Assembly: GCA_951406725.2 (NCBI GenBank)
Contig: OX597824.1
Coordinates: 95,604,001-95,668,000, forward strand
Source of the DNA: Octopus vulgaris
Lineage: Eukaryota
Reading direction: 5' to 3'
Length of the DNA stretch: 64,000 nucleotides
The position numbers were made by a program, and so were the translations under genes. The notes below the pieces were generated by a model. The model had not been told where the DNA came from. It searched no databases and was given only the letters and a program-made list of their open reading frames with translations. Below are positions 53,201-64,000 of the stretch, in pieces (the stretch's first letter is position 1; every line of letters begins with the position of its first letter).

Positions 53201-56200
53201 TCATTATTCAATATGGCCCAAGAAAGAACGGCATTATAACACTATTACATGTCCTTCATTATAGCAGTGTTGCTTCACTCTCAAATTTGAGAACTTGATC
53301 GACACATCTCTCTCTTCTTGAATTCTTCTGTGTCTGAATTCTCCATATACGATATTATTTAAACCAAAATTGCTTACAAAAGATAATTTTTTATTAGCCT
53401 AATACTACAAAAGCTGACTTATTATTAAAAGCCTTCCTTGCCAAAATAAACAGTCACTGTAACAATGCAAATCCAGTGACAATTTTCCATTTCTTTCTTT
53501 TAATTATTACAAAGTATAATTTAAGGATTTGGATTAACTTGTGACATCTTCGCTCTGGAAAATAGAAGATTAAGCATGCAAGAAAGATATAAACAAGGCA
53601 ACTGAACACAGATTAGACAGGATTCGTTTACCATTTGAAAAATTCAATTGGTAAGAAGCCGCAAATAAAAATTAAAAAAAAAAAAAAAGAGAAAGACAAA
53701 ACAATTCAAGTATGAACAGAATACAACAATTATATCAAGCAAAGTGTAAAAGTAGGTAAAGAAACTGCGTAGAAAATAGATGTAGAAAAATGCCACAAAC
53801 AAAGTGGGATGAGGCAGGGGACAGTCTTTAGCTGAAGAAAAGTTTATTCAATAAGTGTTACTAATTAAATTTGGGGATTGCCATAAAGTTCCTAACTTTG
53901 GTCATAATAATATAATCTGTAATAGTACGTATAAGGAGGTTAATTATTTTTAGGCTAATGTTAACAGCTATTTGAGGTTTCCAAATAGAAGTATTTAGAT
54001 ACACTTTCAAGAATTCAGGGTTTTTTTTTTTTTAACCCCACCCTAACATCTAAGAACCTATTCTGCAGAACTCCCAGTGTCTACTAGAAAACTGGAGGAG
54101 CAGTTTAGGTGTTACACACATATTGAATACAGGAGTAAACTTGAACATTATTTTATAAAATAAATTTCCTATATTTAACCGAGACTATTTAGTAATGAAT
54201 AATTAACAGACTTCGACACTGCAATCTTAATTATAATTATAAATCCCAACCAGTAAAGCCACTCAGGTTAGACTAACACAAGTACTGCCGTCTTCTCGCT
54301 GCTGCTGGAAATCTGGTGATGATGGTAGACCAGGTTGCGGTCAGACAACCAGAAGTAATCTGTGGAACTGAGAAGCATGCATGTTAAAAATAATTTGATA
54401 AGAATTCACTGGAAATCAAGTGAGATGCTGCAAAGTTGAAAATACCATTATGCCTTCATTCGGATGAAGGTTGTCATTATGGGAAAGAAAATATTCGGTA
54501 AGACGAGAATCAAAGTGAAGGTGTAGTTTCTTCTCTTCTTACCTGATTCATCAGTTACTTCTTTCTCTCCATTGGTCATAGCAGCTGGTCCTTGATCGTC
54601 TGATGTTGCCTCACCATCTTCTGGTTCAGTTGATACAACTTCTTCTGGTTCTGGCTCGGGTCTGTGACAAAAAAAAAAATGGCAGTTAATTAGAATTCAC
54701 AGAATCAGTCAGCACTTACAGAAGGAAATCTTCTAACATATAAACAGGCAGAAACCTGGCTGTGAGGTTAAAGAAGTTTGTTTCTCACCCATGTGCTCTT
54801 GGATTTTCTTTTACCCAAAGCCAGGAACTTTTCAGCCCCACCCCCTTGTCTATTACCAGCTGATGCTAAGACTTATCAACTCACTCCCCAATGTTATCTT
54901 TGTATAAATGATAAAAACTTTGTAGATGCAAATACTCACGGCTCTTCTGGAGGTACAAATTCTGCAATATATTTTCGTCTCTTCTCTTCTTTAGATTTTT
55001 CTACTTCTTCAGGATGTTGTTGTCGATATTCTTCTTCTTGCCTTCTTTGAATTTCTTTAAGTTCAAACTAAATTAACAAAACACACTCATATTATATACA
55101 TACACACACATATAAGAGGAGGGAACAATATTCTCTAAATGTCAACATTGTAAAATAAATTGAAATTATGTATGTGTGTGTGCGTTTGTGTGCAATGAGT
55201 GTTTACAGAGTTTAATTATCAAGATTTTTTGGTTTTTATCCCATCAAAGTGCTGAGAAATGAGCTACTGTACCTTGGGGTCTTTGCATATGTTGTTGTAC
55301 AAAACGGTAAGAGTACATTATAGAGAAATGTTAAGAGTTTACATGTCATAAGTTGTGTGTTTGAGTTTGTGTATATATTATACACACACGCATATAAAAA
55401 CACTGACATCTACAGGTACAGTTGCTCCATTACTTTGTTGGTTATATTTGAAGTGGATCTGAGAACTTTTTTGTCTGTCGTTTTAGACTTGACCTCCAGA
55501 AGCAATTAGGCTAGTAAAAAAAACAAAAAAAAAAAAAGAGAAATAAATAAACCCCCACTTACTGTTGTAAGTTTTTCGAGGGCAGCAAATCGTTCTTCTT
55601 GAGTTGCTGCAGATTTTTCAAAGGCCTCGTGTTTCTTAATAAGATTTTCAACTGCATCAAGTGTGTCCTGCAAAACACAAAGAAAAGAAACATTAAAAAT
55701 ATTAAATATCACTTCCGATTCTCAAAAACAAATTGTACAACTGAATATCATTGTAAATAAATTAATTAGCGTGACGATTGTAGTTGAAAGTTATTAATAA
55801 AAATAAGTGAAATACGTACACCAAGATCTTGGTTTTGAAGGTATGGCTCTTGAGCAATAAGCCAAGATTCAGCAACAGCAGCATCACGAGCAAACTGATA
55901 GACTTCCAAAACTGGAAACGGAACAAAGAGTTGATTCATCGTTAGTCACTGTCTCAGATAATTCAGTAAAACTTACACAACGGATAATTAATAAACAGGG
56001 GGGAAAAAAAATAACCCAGATTTGTGCTTTAACAATTTAGATTTACTTATGTGTTAATTATGCCAGCATGGAAGATGGGAATGCAATGAGAATAATTAAT
56101 TAAATCCACACAGTTACAATGTTGCTAAATATAAGGAGCAGATGCAGTTGATCATCATCATTGTTTCCATGCTAGCATGGGTTGAACGGTTCGACTGGGG

Positions 56201-57086
56201 TCTGAACTTACAATAAAAAGCCTGAAATTAGATCCCACAAAGACTTTTACCTAATAATTCTAGATAATATTGATGTCTAACAGAGCCACATAGGTCCAAG
56301 GACAAATTCTTACTCAATGCTCCACAGATTATGTTTAACAATGGAATCAAGTTGTATAATAATAATAATATATGAGTGATACACAAATCGTTACTTACTG
56401 AGCTGCAGGTATTCCCATCTCTCATCCCATTGCTCATTCATGGAATGCCTTTGAGATGTTAACTGTATTAATTTTTCTCTCACCTAAAAAGGTAGAAACA
56501 AAGAATTAGAGGAAAAGTTTAAGTTATAAAATAACAATGAAAATTTGCTCATAAACATAAAATTCTTATCTTTCTATCTATCCATACACCAAGTTACAAA
56601 GGCATTTTTGTATGTTTTACCATGAGAGAATTTTCTCTCTGTGGTAATGCAATGACTTGGTCATTATAAGTTAAAATGTGCCATAAAAATTATTATGGCT
56701 AAGCTTAAGTTCATTCATTCCTAATCCCTACCTAGCTATTTTAACGCTATTTGAAACTCCACCAGGCAGTCCACTGGCACAACTCAGTCACTGATGTTCA
56801 CTGCTTGTTTGTTAAAACTACAGCTTTCAACCTGTTCAGAGTTATCTCTCTTCAGTATTTCCCATTGAGACAGGCTAAAGAGCTAGAAACATGCATTTGA
56901 GAATCCACTAGAGGGAAGCTCTGGGTAGATATGGTGTTTTTTTTTACACCGTTTACCCTGAGGGAGACTCCCCCCGCCCCTGGTAACTGCAGTGAATAAA
57001 CCCTTAGAAGTTAAAGGAATGTCACAAACATATTTTAAGTAATCTATATTTTGTTTATTCCTAATCACTGATTGATGGTAATTCTG

Positions 57087-57123
<37 letters not shown>

Positions 57124-60100
57124 TATTTACATAGAGCTCCAAGTTTACACAGGAAACTTTGGGTAACGAGATATAAATTCTCATTACATAATCATAAATA
57201 GTGAGCAAGCGAATAAATTAAAATAAATTTAGTTTAAATGAATAGAATCTTGGGAAAATATTTCACTGGGAATTATTAGAAAGAAGCCACTTTGATTAAT
57301 TAGCAAAGACACTCACTTCACTGGATCGGTAATGTTTGCGAGTTATAAGATCTCTTCCTAAGTTTATACAAATGGCAAAGTTTTCTTCTCTAGCATCGAT
57401 TTCAGCCTTCAAACTTTGATGGTTGTTCATTAACAACTCTACACCCGACACATCTCTGCAAAAGAAATGAAAATCAACAAATGAGTGACCTTTAAAATAA
57501 CAGATTTGATTTTGAAGGGCAACACACACACACAAGCTTAGCGATATCCAAACTGGACCCTACATTCATTATACATCATATCACCATTCTGTCTGCTTTT
57601 CCACACTTGCATGGGTTGGACAGCACAGTGTCTCACCACATGTTGCATTCCCTTTCTCATCTCTTTCATGAAGTTCAGCCTCCTGAGACCAGCTTCCACC
57701 ACTTCATCCTGTCTTCCCTCTAATAAAATTCAATCGTTTTTTTTGGATTGTTTGGCAATTCTTTATCCAACACTCCTCTTCTAAAGAAATCATAACGACC
57801 ATATCAACGTCTTTTTTTTCTTTTCCTTTGCTCATTACATCTGATTCTCCTCATCCCGTTTTGCTCCTACCTCATTTGTGTTCCTTTGTTCACAACACAC
57901 AAACTTTTACACATCCAGCAGAGAAATGCTTGCTTCATTTCTTTTTCAATCTTTGCAGATGTCCAATGCCCACATTTGTTTATCATGCAACATCACACTT
58001 TCTAAACAAGCATCATACAATTTGCCTTTCACTCAGAGACAAGAATCACTTTGTTCTCAGCCAAAGTAATAACATTCTGAACTCCTTCCATTCCTATTCT
58101 GGCTGTCATACTTTCAGACCACCACCCTCCACTGCTAATTAAATCACCAAGGTAAACTATTTTCAGGAAGGCTTCCAACCATTTGAAAGAATTTATATTG
58201 TGGGAACTCTTACTACATACAAAGTTATCCATTTGTCTGCTAGTGAATCCTAAACTTTTCCTTTTGAACAGAAACACATGATGGTGAAGTCCTGTTTCCT
58301 GTTAAAACTCTTGTCTTCACAAGATTTACTTTGAGGCTTCCTAAGTCTATGGTTTGAGTCCATGTTTGGAATTTGTTGAAACTACTGAGATTCTGTTCCA
58401 AAAACTAGGCCATCAAGACACAATAATTCCTATTGAACAATCACCGTCCAACCCATGCTAGCATGGAAAACGGATGTTAAACGATGATGATGAACTAATC
58501 TTAAATTTGTTATGTCCTGAAGAGCTACAATAAACAGGATGTGGCTGAGAAAAGGAACCTCAATGGGCTAAATTCTTTTTTGGACTCTTTGATGACATCT
58601 TTGTGTGTGGTTTACATGGCTCTCACTTATTCATTTAGGTAGACCTAGTTTTCTTAGCAGCCACCAGACTGTAGCAAACTGCCAAAGGTTTTCTCCAGCT
58701 CTATGAATGCTATGTATCAAGAAGTAAAAAAAACAAAAAAAAACTACAAGAACATCTGGAGGATATCATTGACCGATGCAAACTGTATACGCAATCGAGA
58801 AAAGTCGTACCCTCAAAAGAAATGGAAAAACTGGTAAATCAAACTGTCAAAAAAGGATTGAGTCAGTTTCTTTCTAGGAATTTTTACCACATGCAAATTG
58901 CTATCCAGCCTTTTTAGAACTTTTAGAGGATGTAGAAGTATCTATTGCAGTATGGATGACTTGCTAAAGCAATATATCTGATAAAAAGAGCTGAAAATTT
59001 CATTTTCCTCAACGGCTGCCTTAAATCTCGTCCTAATTTTATGATTGAAGCGATCGACTTACCTTGGTTTTTCTTGAGTGCTCATTTGCCGCCTGATGTC
59101 ATCAATCCATAACATCAGGTCTCTGACCATATTAAAGAATCTATAAAGGTCACTGGCATCAGCAAGTCTCATTCGTCGGCTCTCAACCATTAATTGCAAA
59201 TTACGCCAGGCATTAACCACATCAGATTCCCAATTCTGAATCTCTCGCGCCTTCTCTCCGGCATATCCAATTTGAAGGCAAGCTGATTCCTCTTGAATTA
59301 AATGAACCTTTGAAAATATATTTTAAAAATATAAATTAATCAAACTGAAAAACAAGAGCCACGAGGAAATTTCCTATTTCAAAGAAGCATCCTAAAATTA
59401 TAAACGACACTTGGCAAACAATCTTTTCTGGTCTCTGTAGGAAAACAGTGGTGAGTAATTCTCTTAATGATACTACATAATTAATTAGGCATTTACAATG
59501 GAATATTTAATAATTTAGTCAATGGTTTGATTTGAAAATGCATCAGTTTCTGACAAGATGCAACCTCTAAAATGCAGGCAAAGTCAAGTGCATGTTACAC
59601 CAAAGACTGATATATTTAGGGAACATAGCTGCTTCTTTGAACTGGTGCTAAATATTTAGTGCAATGAAAATCAAGCTATTTACAAGATACAACAGAAGTC
59701 CGGTTCAGGCTTCAGCCTGGCCGGCTCTTGTGGTACCAACTGTCCCACTCATGTTATCATGGAACACGGACATTTGATGATGATGATGATGGTAGCTGAA
59801 AATAGTGAAGTCAAACGGAAGCAGCCAAAGAAACTTACTTGATTTCCAAGAGTAACTAAATCGTGTTCAAAGTTAGCATTCTTTCTTTGAAGAACAGCAA
59901 CACTTTGAGCATCTCTTCCAACTTCTTCAGGTATGTAGTTCTTCTTTTCCTGTAATAAAAAATGCAATTAGATAAAAATAAAATTTTAAAAAATATTACA
60001 AATTATGTAAATTTAGAATATGGGAAATAAGATTATGAAATTTGTTATGAAACAAATCACTTTGGGTTTTTTTTTTCATTAACCAAATTTTGAAATTTCT

Positions 60101-63100
60101 CAAACATGTTTAATGCAGGAAATGACTTGCAGTCAATAACTTTACCAACTCAATACTCCAGTAGAAAAGTCTTTCAAACTTACTTGGATTCTTTCCAGAG
60201 TTTCTTTGCAATCGTGGTTAAACTTCCATAATTCCCATGAAGCTTGCAACATCTGTGTGCGGGTGTCTATTAACTCTAGCAAATCGGTCCAGGCTTCGTT
60301 CAAATTATCTTTCCATTGAGCAATAATTGGAGCATCAGAGTGCTCAGCTACAATCAAACTATCACAGATTTCATTTGCTGAGGCCACACGATCTTGTCCA
60401 AAGTTTTCAGTGTCTCTAGCAAATTCTTTAAATCTTTCTTTAAGAGTCTGATAAGATTGTAAAAGAAAACGGGAAAAAAAAAATTAAAATAAAAACTCAA
60501 TTATGCGTGATCTTTCAAGACAAATTGAAAATATCAAATTACTATTTATGGCTATTTTTCACAGAATAAGAACAATGGTAAGAAATCTACTTTGTTTCAA
60601 AGGACATTAAAATAAATATTAACTCCACATTTCAGATGAAAAACCAGTGAAGTTTTCTCTTGTCACCATTTTCCAATGCTGGCATAATCATGAATTAGAT
60701 GTATCTTGAGAAAGATTTTCTACAGCCTGATGGGCATTTTGTTGCCAGCTTTGTTTTCCAAGTAAGGTACTTTTTCCTCCAACTGGTCCTAGATGGCTGC
60801 TGAATTACCTCACTGGAGAAAGTAATCCGATGTCACAGTCTTTTTGCTCAGCCAGGTCTAAGGACAACATGCTGGATTGATATTTCCACATACACACAAA
60901 CACATCTTTTTGATTTCCATCCAATATCTCTGTTCACAAATCATTTGTCAGCTCCAGGTTATGGTAGAAGACACTTGCCCACCCACAATACCACATAATC
61001 CAAATTACATGGTTGTGATGTGAACTTTGTAACCATACAACTGTGTAGACATGTATTTATGTAGTCACAAAATAAGGCTCAATATTTAAATAACTATAAA
61101 AGCATCTCAGTTGGAGCCCATTATGAAAAATATATTAATTCCTACAAAATGGTTATAATTTTCAATCAGATTAAAACAGTGAAACCCAACTTACAGTTAC
61201 ATGCTCGTATTCTTGACCAAGTTCTTGAGATTTTGCTACAACTTCTCTTTCTGCAATCCATTGTAATAAGTCTTCAATTTCTCTACTTAGCATATATAAT
61301 TTCAGCACCTCTTCAAGCTTGCCACGACGTTCTTGGGCCAAATCTTTCAGACCAGCATAGAGCTTGTCCACTTGTGCTTGGCGAACAGCAATTTGTTCAC
61401 TAATAAATAAAATGAAATAAATAAGATAAATACAGAGGCAGCAAAAAAATTTTTTTAAATATTTATTTGCATTTATCTGACTAAAGTAAACCAAGGATAA
61501 ATTAAAACTAATATCTATGCTTCATAGGTGTGCTTGCCAAGTAAATGATTAGATCTGTGACCATGCATTGAAATTAAAACAATTATAGCCAATCCATTCA
61601 AAAACACACAATTTCACTCAAATTTGTTGGGTGTCAAAATTGTTGTTGCCCCATCTGGTCATTGACACAGTGCGAATGGAACTTTTTCAGTTTGGCAGCA
61701 CTTTTTGAAATGTTAAAATTTAGAGTGAAAATTTTCAAAATTTGGTGTATCGATGTAATTTTTCATGCTGAATCTCAAGAGAGAATTCACTCGTTCCAGA
61801 AAAAGGTTTTTAAAAAAATCAGAGGTTTAAAGTTTGATCATTTTTACCCAGCCAGAAAACAGGATTTGGAAAATGACACCCCAAAAAACGTGTAAACACA
61901 TGCTTTTGTAGTTTTAAGCATTCAATATGCATTTAATGAGGGAAGAAAAAGAGTAAACAGCAAATTCTGTAGTTTTAAGAGCAGAAAAGAAACTGTAAAC
62001 AAATGAAATATTTCATAAACACATTTTTATGTTTCTTGTAAACGTGTTTGATGTCAACATTTTGATTGTTACTATAGAAACAGACACCTATATGTCAGTT
62101 ACTTTTGATTGGTTAAAATAACTCAAAATTAGCAAACTTTAAAAGCTATTAACTCGTTATTGATTTACAGCAAAAATGAATTTTATGTCAATAACAAGTG
62201 TACAAAACTACATCAGTACACCAAATTTGAAATCAATTGGAACAAAATTGAAGAAATTGAAAAGTGGCAGGCAAACATCCTTTGAATGCAAATGGAACTG
62301 TATGAGTCACCAGGTGGCAGTTGGTGTGACAAAATATCTTGACACCAAAGAAATTTTTAAGGGAAGTCAACAGCCTTTGTGTATTTTTTGAACAGCTAAA
62401 AGGTCTTCTATGTTGTAAATATTTTCCTTATTTTTACCTTAGAATGAAAAAAATAACCAAAGAGATAATCTCACCTTTCTGGGTGTTCTTGTTCAATCAA
62501 ATTTCTGCTTCTCTCACCCAACTGGCGGACAACATCTGCATAGTCCTCAACAGCGGATTCGAGATTCTGGTGTTTCTTAAGCATATTCTGTGCACCAATT
62601 TCATCTTTGGCCCGTTCCTCACCCATCATGTAAAGTTCTTGTTCACTCATCCAAGATTCTGCCTCAGAAGTATCTTGATAGTACTAAAAAAAGACAACAG
62701 AGGCTTCCAATAATACACGAATTATTTGAAAAAGCAGTTTTTTTTTTTTTTTAAATTAAGAGAAAAAAAAAACCCTTTTGCCCGTCCAAAGCATTTTCAT
62801 AAGTTTAGTCTCAAACGCAGAAGCTTGTTTTCAAAAATTTTAGTTAGCCCTTGTTTGATATGTTCAAAGGAAAATAAAACTTTCCTTTCTAGAGTCCCGA
62901 GTTACTTTGTCAGTTGGAAAAGTTAGAAAAGCATATCATATATGATGCATGGTTACCAGGGAAATAGGTCCTGCATATCACATTGCCAGTACTGCCTGAC
63001 TGGCCCCCGTGCCATGGCACGTAAAAGGGCACCATTCGAGTGTGATCGTTACCAATGTCGCCTTACTGGCACCTGTGCCGGTGGCATAGTAAAAAAGATT

Positions 63101-63622
63101 CGAGCGAGGTTGTTGCCAGTACCGCCTGACTGGCCCCCGTGCTGGTGGCACGTAAAAAGCACCCACTACACGCTAGGAGTGGTTGGCGTTAGGAAGGGCA
63201 TCCAGCTGTAGAAAATCTGCCAGATCAGATTGGAGTCTGGTTCACCAGTCTTCAGTCAAAATAGTCCAACCCATGCTAGCATGGAAAGCGGACGTTAAAC
63301 GATGATGATGATGCTCCGGTCAGGCAAAGGGCTCAAAAAAATTCTTAAAAAATATAAAAAATTAAAAGCAAAAAGCAGCAAATCACATTTTAATAAAATG
63401 TTACCAATGGTTCTCCCATACCTGTTGGGCAATATCTGAGAGCTGTAGGCGAGCTTTCCTTGCGTCCACAGCATCCTTTAGAGTTTTCCACTTAGTGCTA
63501 AGGTCATCAATGTGTTGTTGGAATTCGTCAGCTTGTGGATGTTGTTCATTAACCAATTCTTGGCCAACAGCAATAACAGAATCAATACGGGGTTCGTGGT
63601 TTTCAATTTCTGTTTGCAATGA
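44141..63622 (-). CDS. SPTBN1: Spectrin beta chain (conventional beta-spectrin), 3' half: late spectrin repeats, tetramerization helices, linker, PH domain; 5' part outside the window
   Basis: 19 in-phase GT-AG exons, listed separately. Motifs include [82 protein letters not shown] and [17 protein letters not shown]. The PH domain reads [20 protein letters not shown]...[13 protein letters not shown], and the protein ends [10 protein letters not shown] as in invertebrate beta-spectrin. The symbol is that of the nearest vertebrate co-ortholog. Confidence 0.96.
44436..44582 (-). CDS. SPTBN1: beta-spectrin PH-domain exon 3 (DPNTRLHHE...[26 protein letters not shown])
   Basis: ttgtag|GAT...GAT|gtaagt, 147 nt. 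Confidence 0.94.
45794..45869 (-). CDS. SPTBN1: beta-spectrin PH-domain exon 2 ([25 protein letters not shown])
   Basis: tcacag|A...ACT|gtgagt, 76 nt. Confidence 0.93.
46400..46496 (-). CDS. SPTBN1: beta-spectrin PH-domain exon 1 ([33 protein letters not shown])
   Basis: ttatag|AA...CG|gtaaat, 97 nt. Confidence 0.93.
47865..47960 (-). CDS. SPTBN1: beta-spectrin probable cassette exon ([31 protein letters not shown])
   Basis: tattag|AT...G|gtaaac, 96 nt, phase 1-1. Confidence 0.8.
49276..49656 (+). mobile_element. 3' fragment of an RTE-like LINE, antisense in a spectrin intron
   Basis: [22 protein letters not shown]...[11 protein letters not shown]...LLLWKPS...GR...AMMDREVWR ends at 49637, followed by a (TGA)-like tail. 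Confidence 0.85.
51866..51964 (-). CDS. SPTBN1: beta-spectrin probable cassette exon ([33 protein letters not shown])
   Basis: atcaag|GC...A|gtaggt, 99 nt, phase 1-1, open frame. Confidence 0.65.
52959..53018 (-). CDS. SPTBN1: beta-spectrin probable cassette exon ([20 protein letters not shown])
   Basis: caacag|GT...G|gtgact, 60 nt, phase 1-1, open frame, GC-richer than its flanks. Confidence 0.65.
54543..54661 (-). CDS. SPTBN1: beta-spectrin linker exon ([39 protein letters not shown])
   Basis: tcacag|A...G|gtaaga, 119 nt, phase 2-1. Confidence 0.88.
54940..55067 (-). CDS. SPTBN1: beta-spectrin exon ([19 protein letters not shown]...FVPPEEP)
   Basis: atttag|TTT...CC|gtgagt, 128 nt. Confidence 0.92.
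55563..55667 (-). CDS. SPTBN1: beta-spectrin exon ([35 protein letters not shown])
   Basis: ttgcag|GAC...ACA|gtaagt, 105 nt. Confidence 0.95.
55820..55911 (-). CDS. SPTBN1: beta-spectrin exon ([31 protein letters not shown])
   Basis: ttccag|TT...GGT|gtacgt, 92 nt. Confidence 0.95.
56399..56483 (-). CDS. SPTBN1: beta-spectrin exon ([28 protein letters not shown])
   Basis: ttttag|GTG...A|gtaagt, 85 nt. Confidence 0.94.
57317..57455 (-). CDS. SPTBN1: beta-spectrin exon ([20 protein letters not shown]...RKHYRSSE)
   Basis: ttgcag|A...GAA|gtgagt, 139 nt. Confidence 0.95.
57580..58440 (-). mobile_element. Old, degenerate RTE LINE 3' portion
   Basis: Decayed translation [17 protein letters not shown]..., then [15 protein letters not shown]. 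Ends in the ccaacccatgc.agtgtggaa tail also seen on local SINEs. Confidence 0.65.
59063..59307 (-). CDS. SPTBN1: beta-spectrin exon ([20 protein letters not shown]...[15 protein letters not shown]...QEKPR)
   Basis: tcaaag|GTT...AG|gtaagt, 245 nt. Confidence 0.95.
59839..59949 (-). CDS. SPTBN1: beta-spectrin exon ([13 protein letters not shown]...LVTLGNQ)
   Basis: tacag|GAA...CAA|gtaagt, 111 nt. Confidence 0.95.
60184..60447 (-). CDS. SPTBN1: beta-spectrin exon ([13 protein letters not shown]...KETLERIQ)
   Basis: atcag|ACT...CAA|gtaagt, 264 nt. Confidence 0.95.
61195..61399 (-). CDS. SPTBN1: beta-spectrin exon ([17 protein letters not shown]...QEYEHVT)
   Basis: attag|T...ACT|gtaagt, 205 nt. 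Confidence 0.95.
62475..62683 (-). CDS. SPTBN1: beta-spectrin exon ([20 protein letters not shown]...EQEHPES)
   Basis: ttttag|TAC...AG|gtgaga, 209 nt. Confidence 0.95.
62980..63312 (+). mobile_element. SINE 3' portion ending ccaacccatgctagcatggaaagcggacgttaaac(gat)n, the most abundant repeat in the window
   Basis: Many copies, e.g. 10700-10985(+), 26965-27385(-), 30065-30240(+), 33250-33660(-), 37830-38100(+) and 39750-39962(+). Confidence 0.85.
63422..63622 (-). CDS. SPTBN1: beta-spectrin exon ([13 protein letters not shown]...LSDIAQQ)
   Basis: ctttag|TCA...CAG|gtatgg, 201 nt. Confidence 0.95.
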
Positions 63623-64000
63623 CTAAAGTAATGAGAACAAAATGGGAAATGCATATAAAAAATGTATTGGCACTGAATTAGAAAAAAGTTGGGGAAGAAA
63701 AGAAGCTCACTATTCCAGATGACATTTTACAACTACTTTTAAATTTAGTCTACACTATTGAATTCCATCAAAATTATTCTTTAAAACTGATTATCAGATA
63801 GACCAACTAGCAAATCATTATTATTTTCAAATTGTTGTCATTACTTTTATGTCCACCTTCCCATGCTTGCATGGGTTGGATGGAGTTTACTGTGGCAGAT
63901 TTTCTATGATCAGGTGTATTTCTTGTTGCAAAACCTCACAGGTTTCCTAGCAAAGTAAAATTTTCTCTCCATAGTCAGACACATTTTCATACAATATTGG

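Noticed and set aside
61550-62280. Probable old DNA-transposon-like sequence sharing gattggtt motifs with ~23900-24460
   Set aside because: No termini, TSD or coding remnant could be defined by eye.

Overview
Eukaryotic, AT-rich, intron-rich animal DNA. The SINE, MITE and LINE families point to a coleoid cephalopod, most likely Octopus (inference). Three spliced protein-coding genes were reconstructed by hand, all with GT-AG junctions and consistent reading phase. (1) RRP36, minus strand, 8 exons from the ATG at 12089 down to 1980; its last exon lies left of the window. (2) A complete 7-exon GINS1/PSF1, plus strand, 12355-31192, 195 aa, head-to-head with RRP36 across a 265-bp gap. (3) The 3' half of beta-spectrin, minus strand, 19 exons from 63622 to the stop at 44141: late spectrin repeats, a linker built partly from phase-1 cassette-type exons, a PH domain and the [10 protein letters not shown] terminus. 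Introns and the intergenic stretch hold many tRNA-derived SINEs, a decayed Tx1/L1-type LINE ending in a (TCTA)n array, a decayed RepHel Helitron with non-autonomous Helitrons, RTE LINE fragments, and mariner, piggyBac-like and hAT MITEs. Almost all supplied ORFs are repeat-derived noise. The most unusual signals are a (TA)n-flanked short repeat carrying a hammerhead-ribozyme-like motif with a CUGUNGA core variant, a ~330-bp inverted duplication bracketing GINS1 exon 4, and a repeat-depleted zone over the spectrin linker and 3' UTR.
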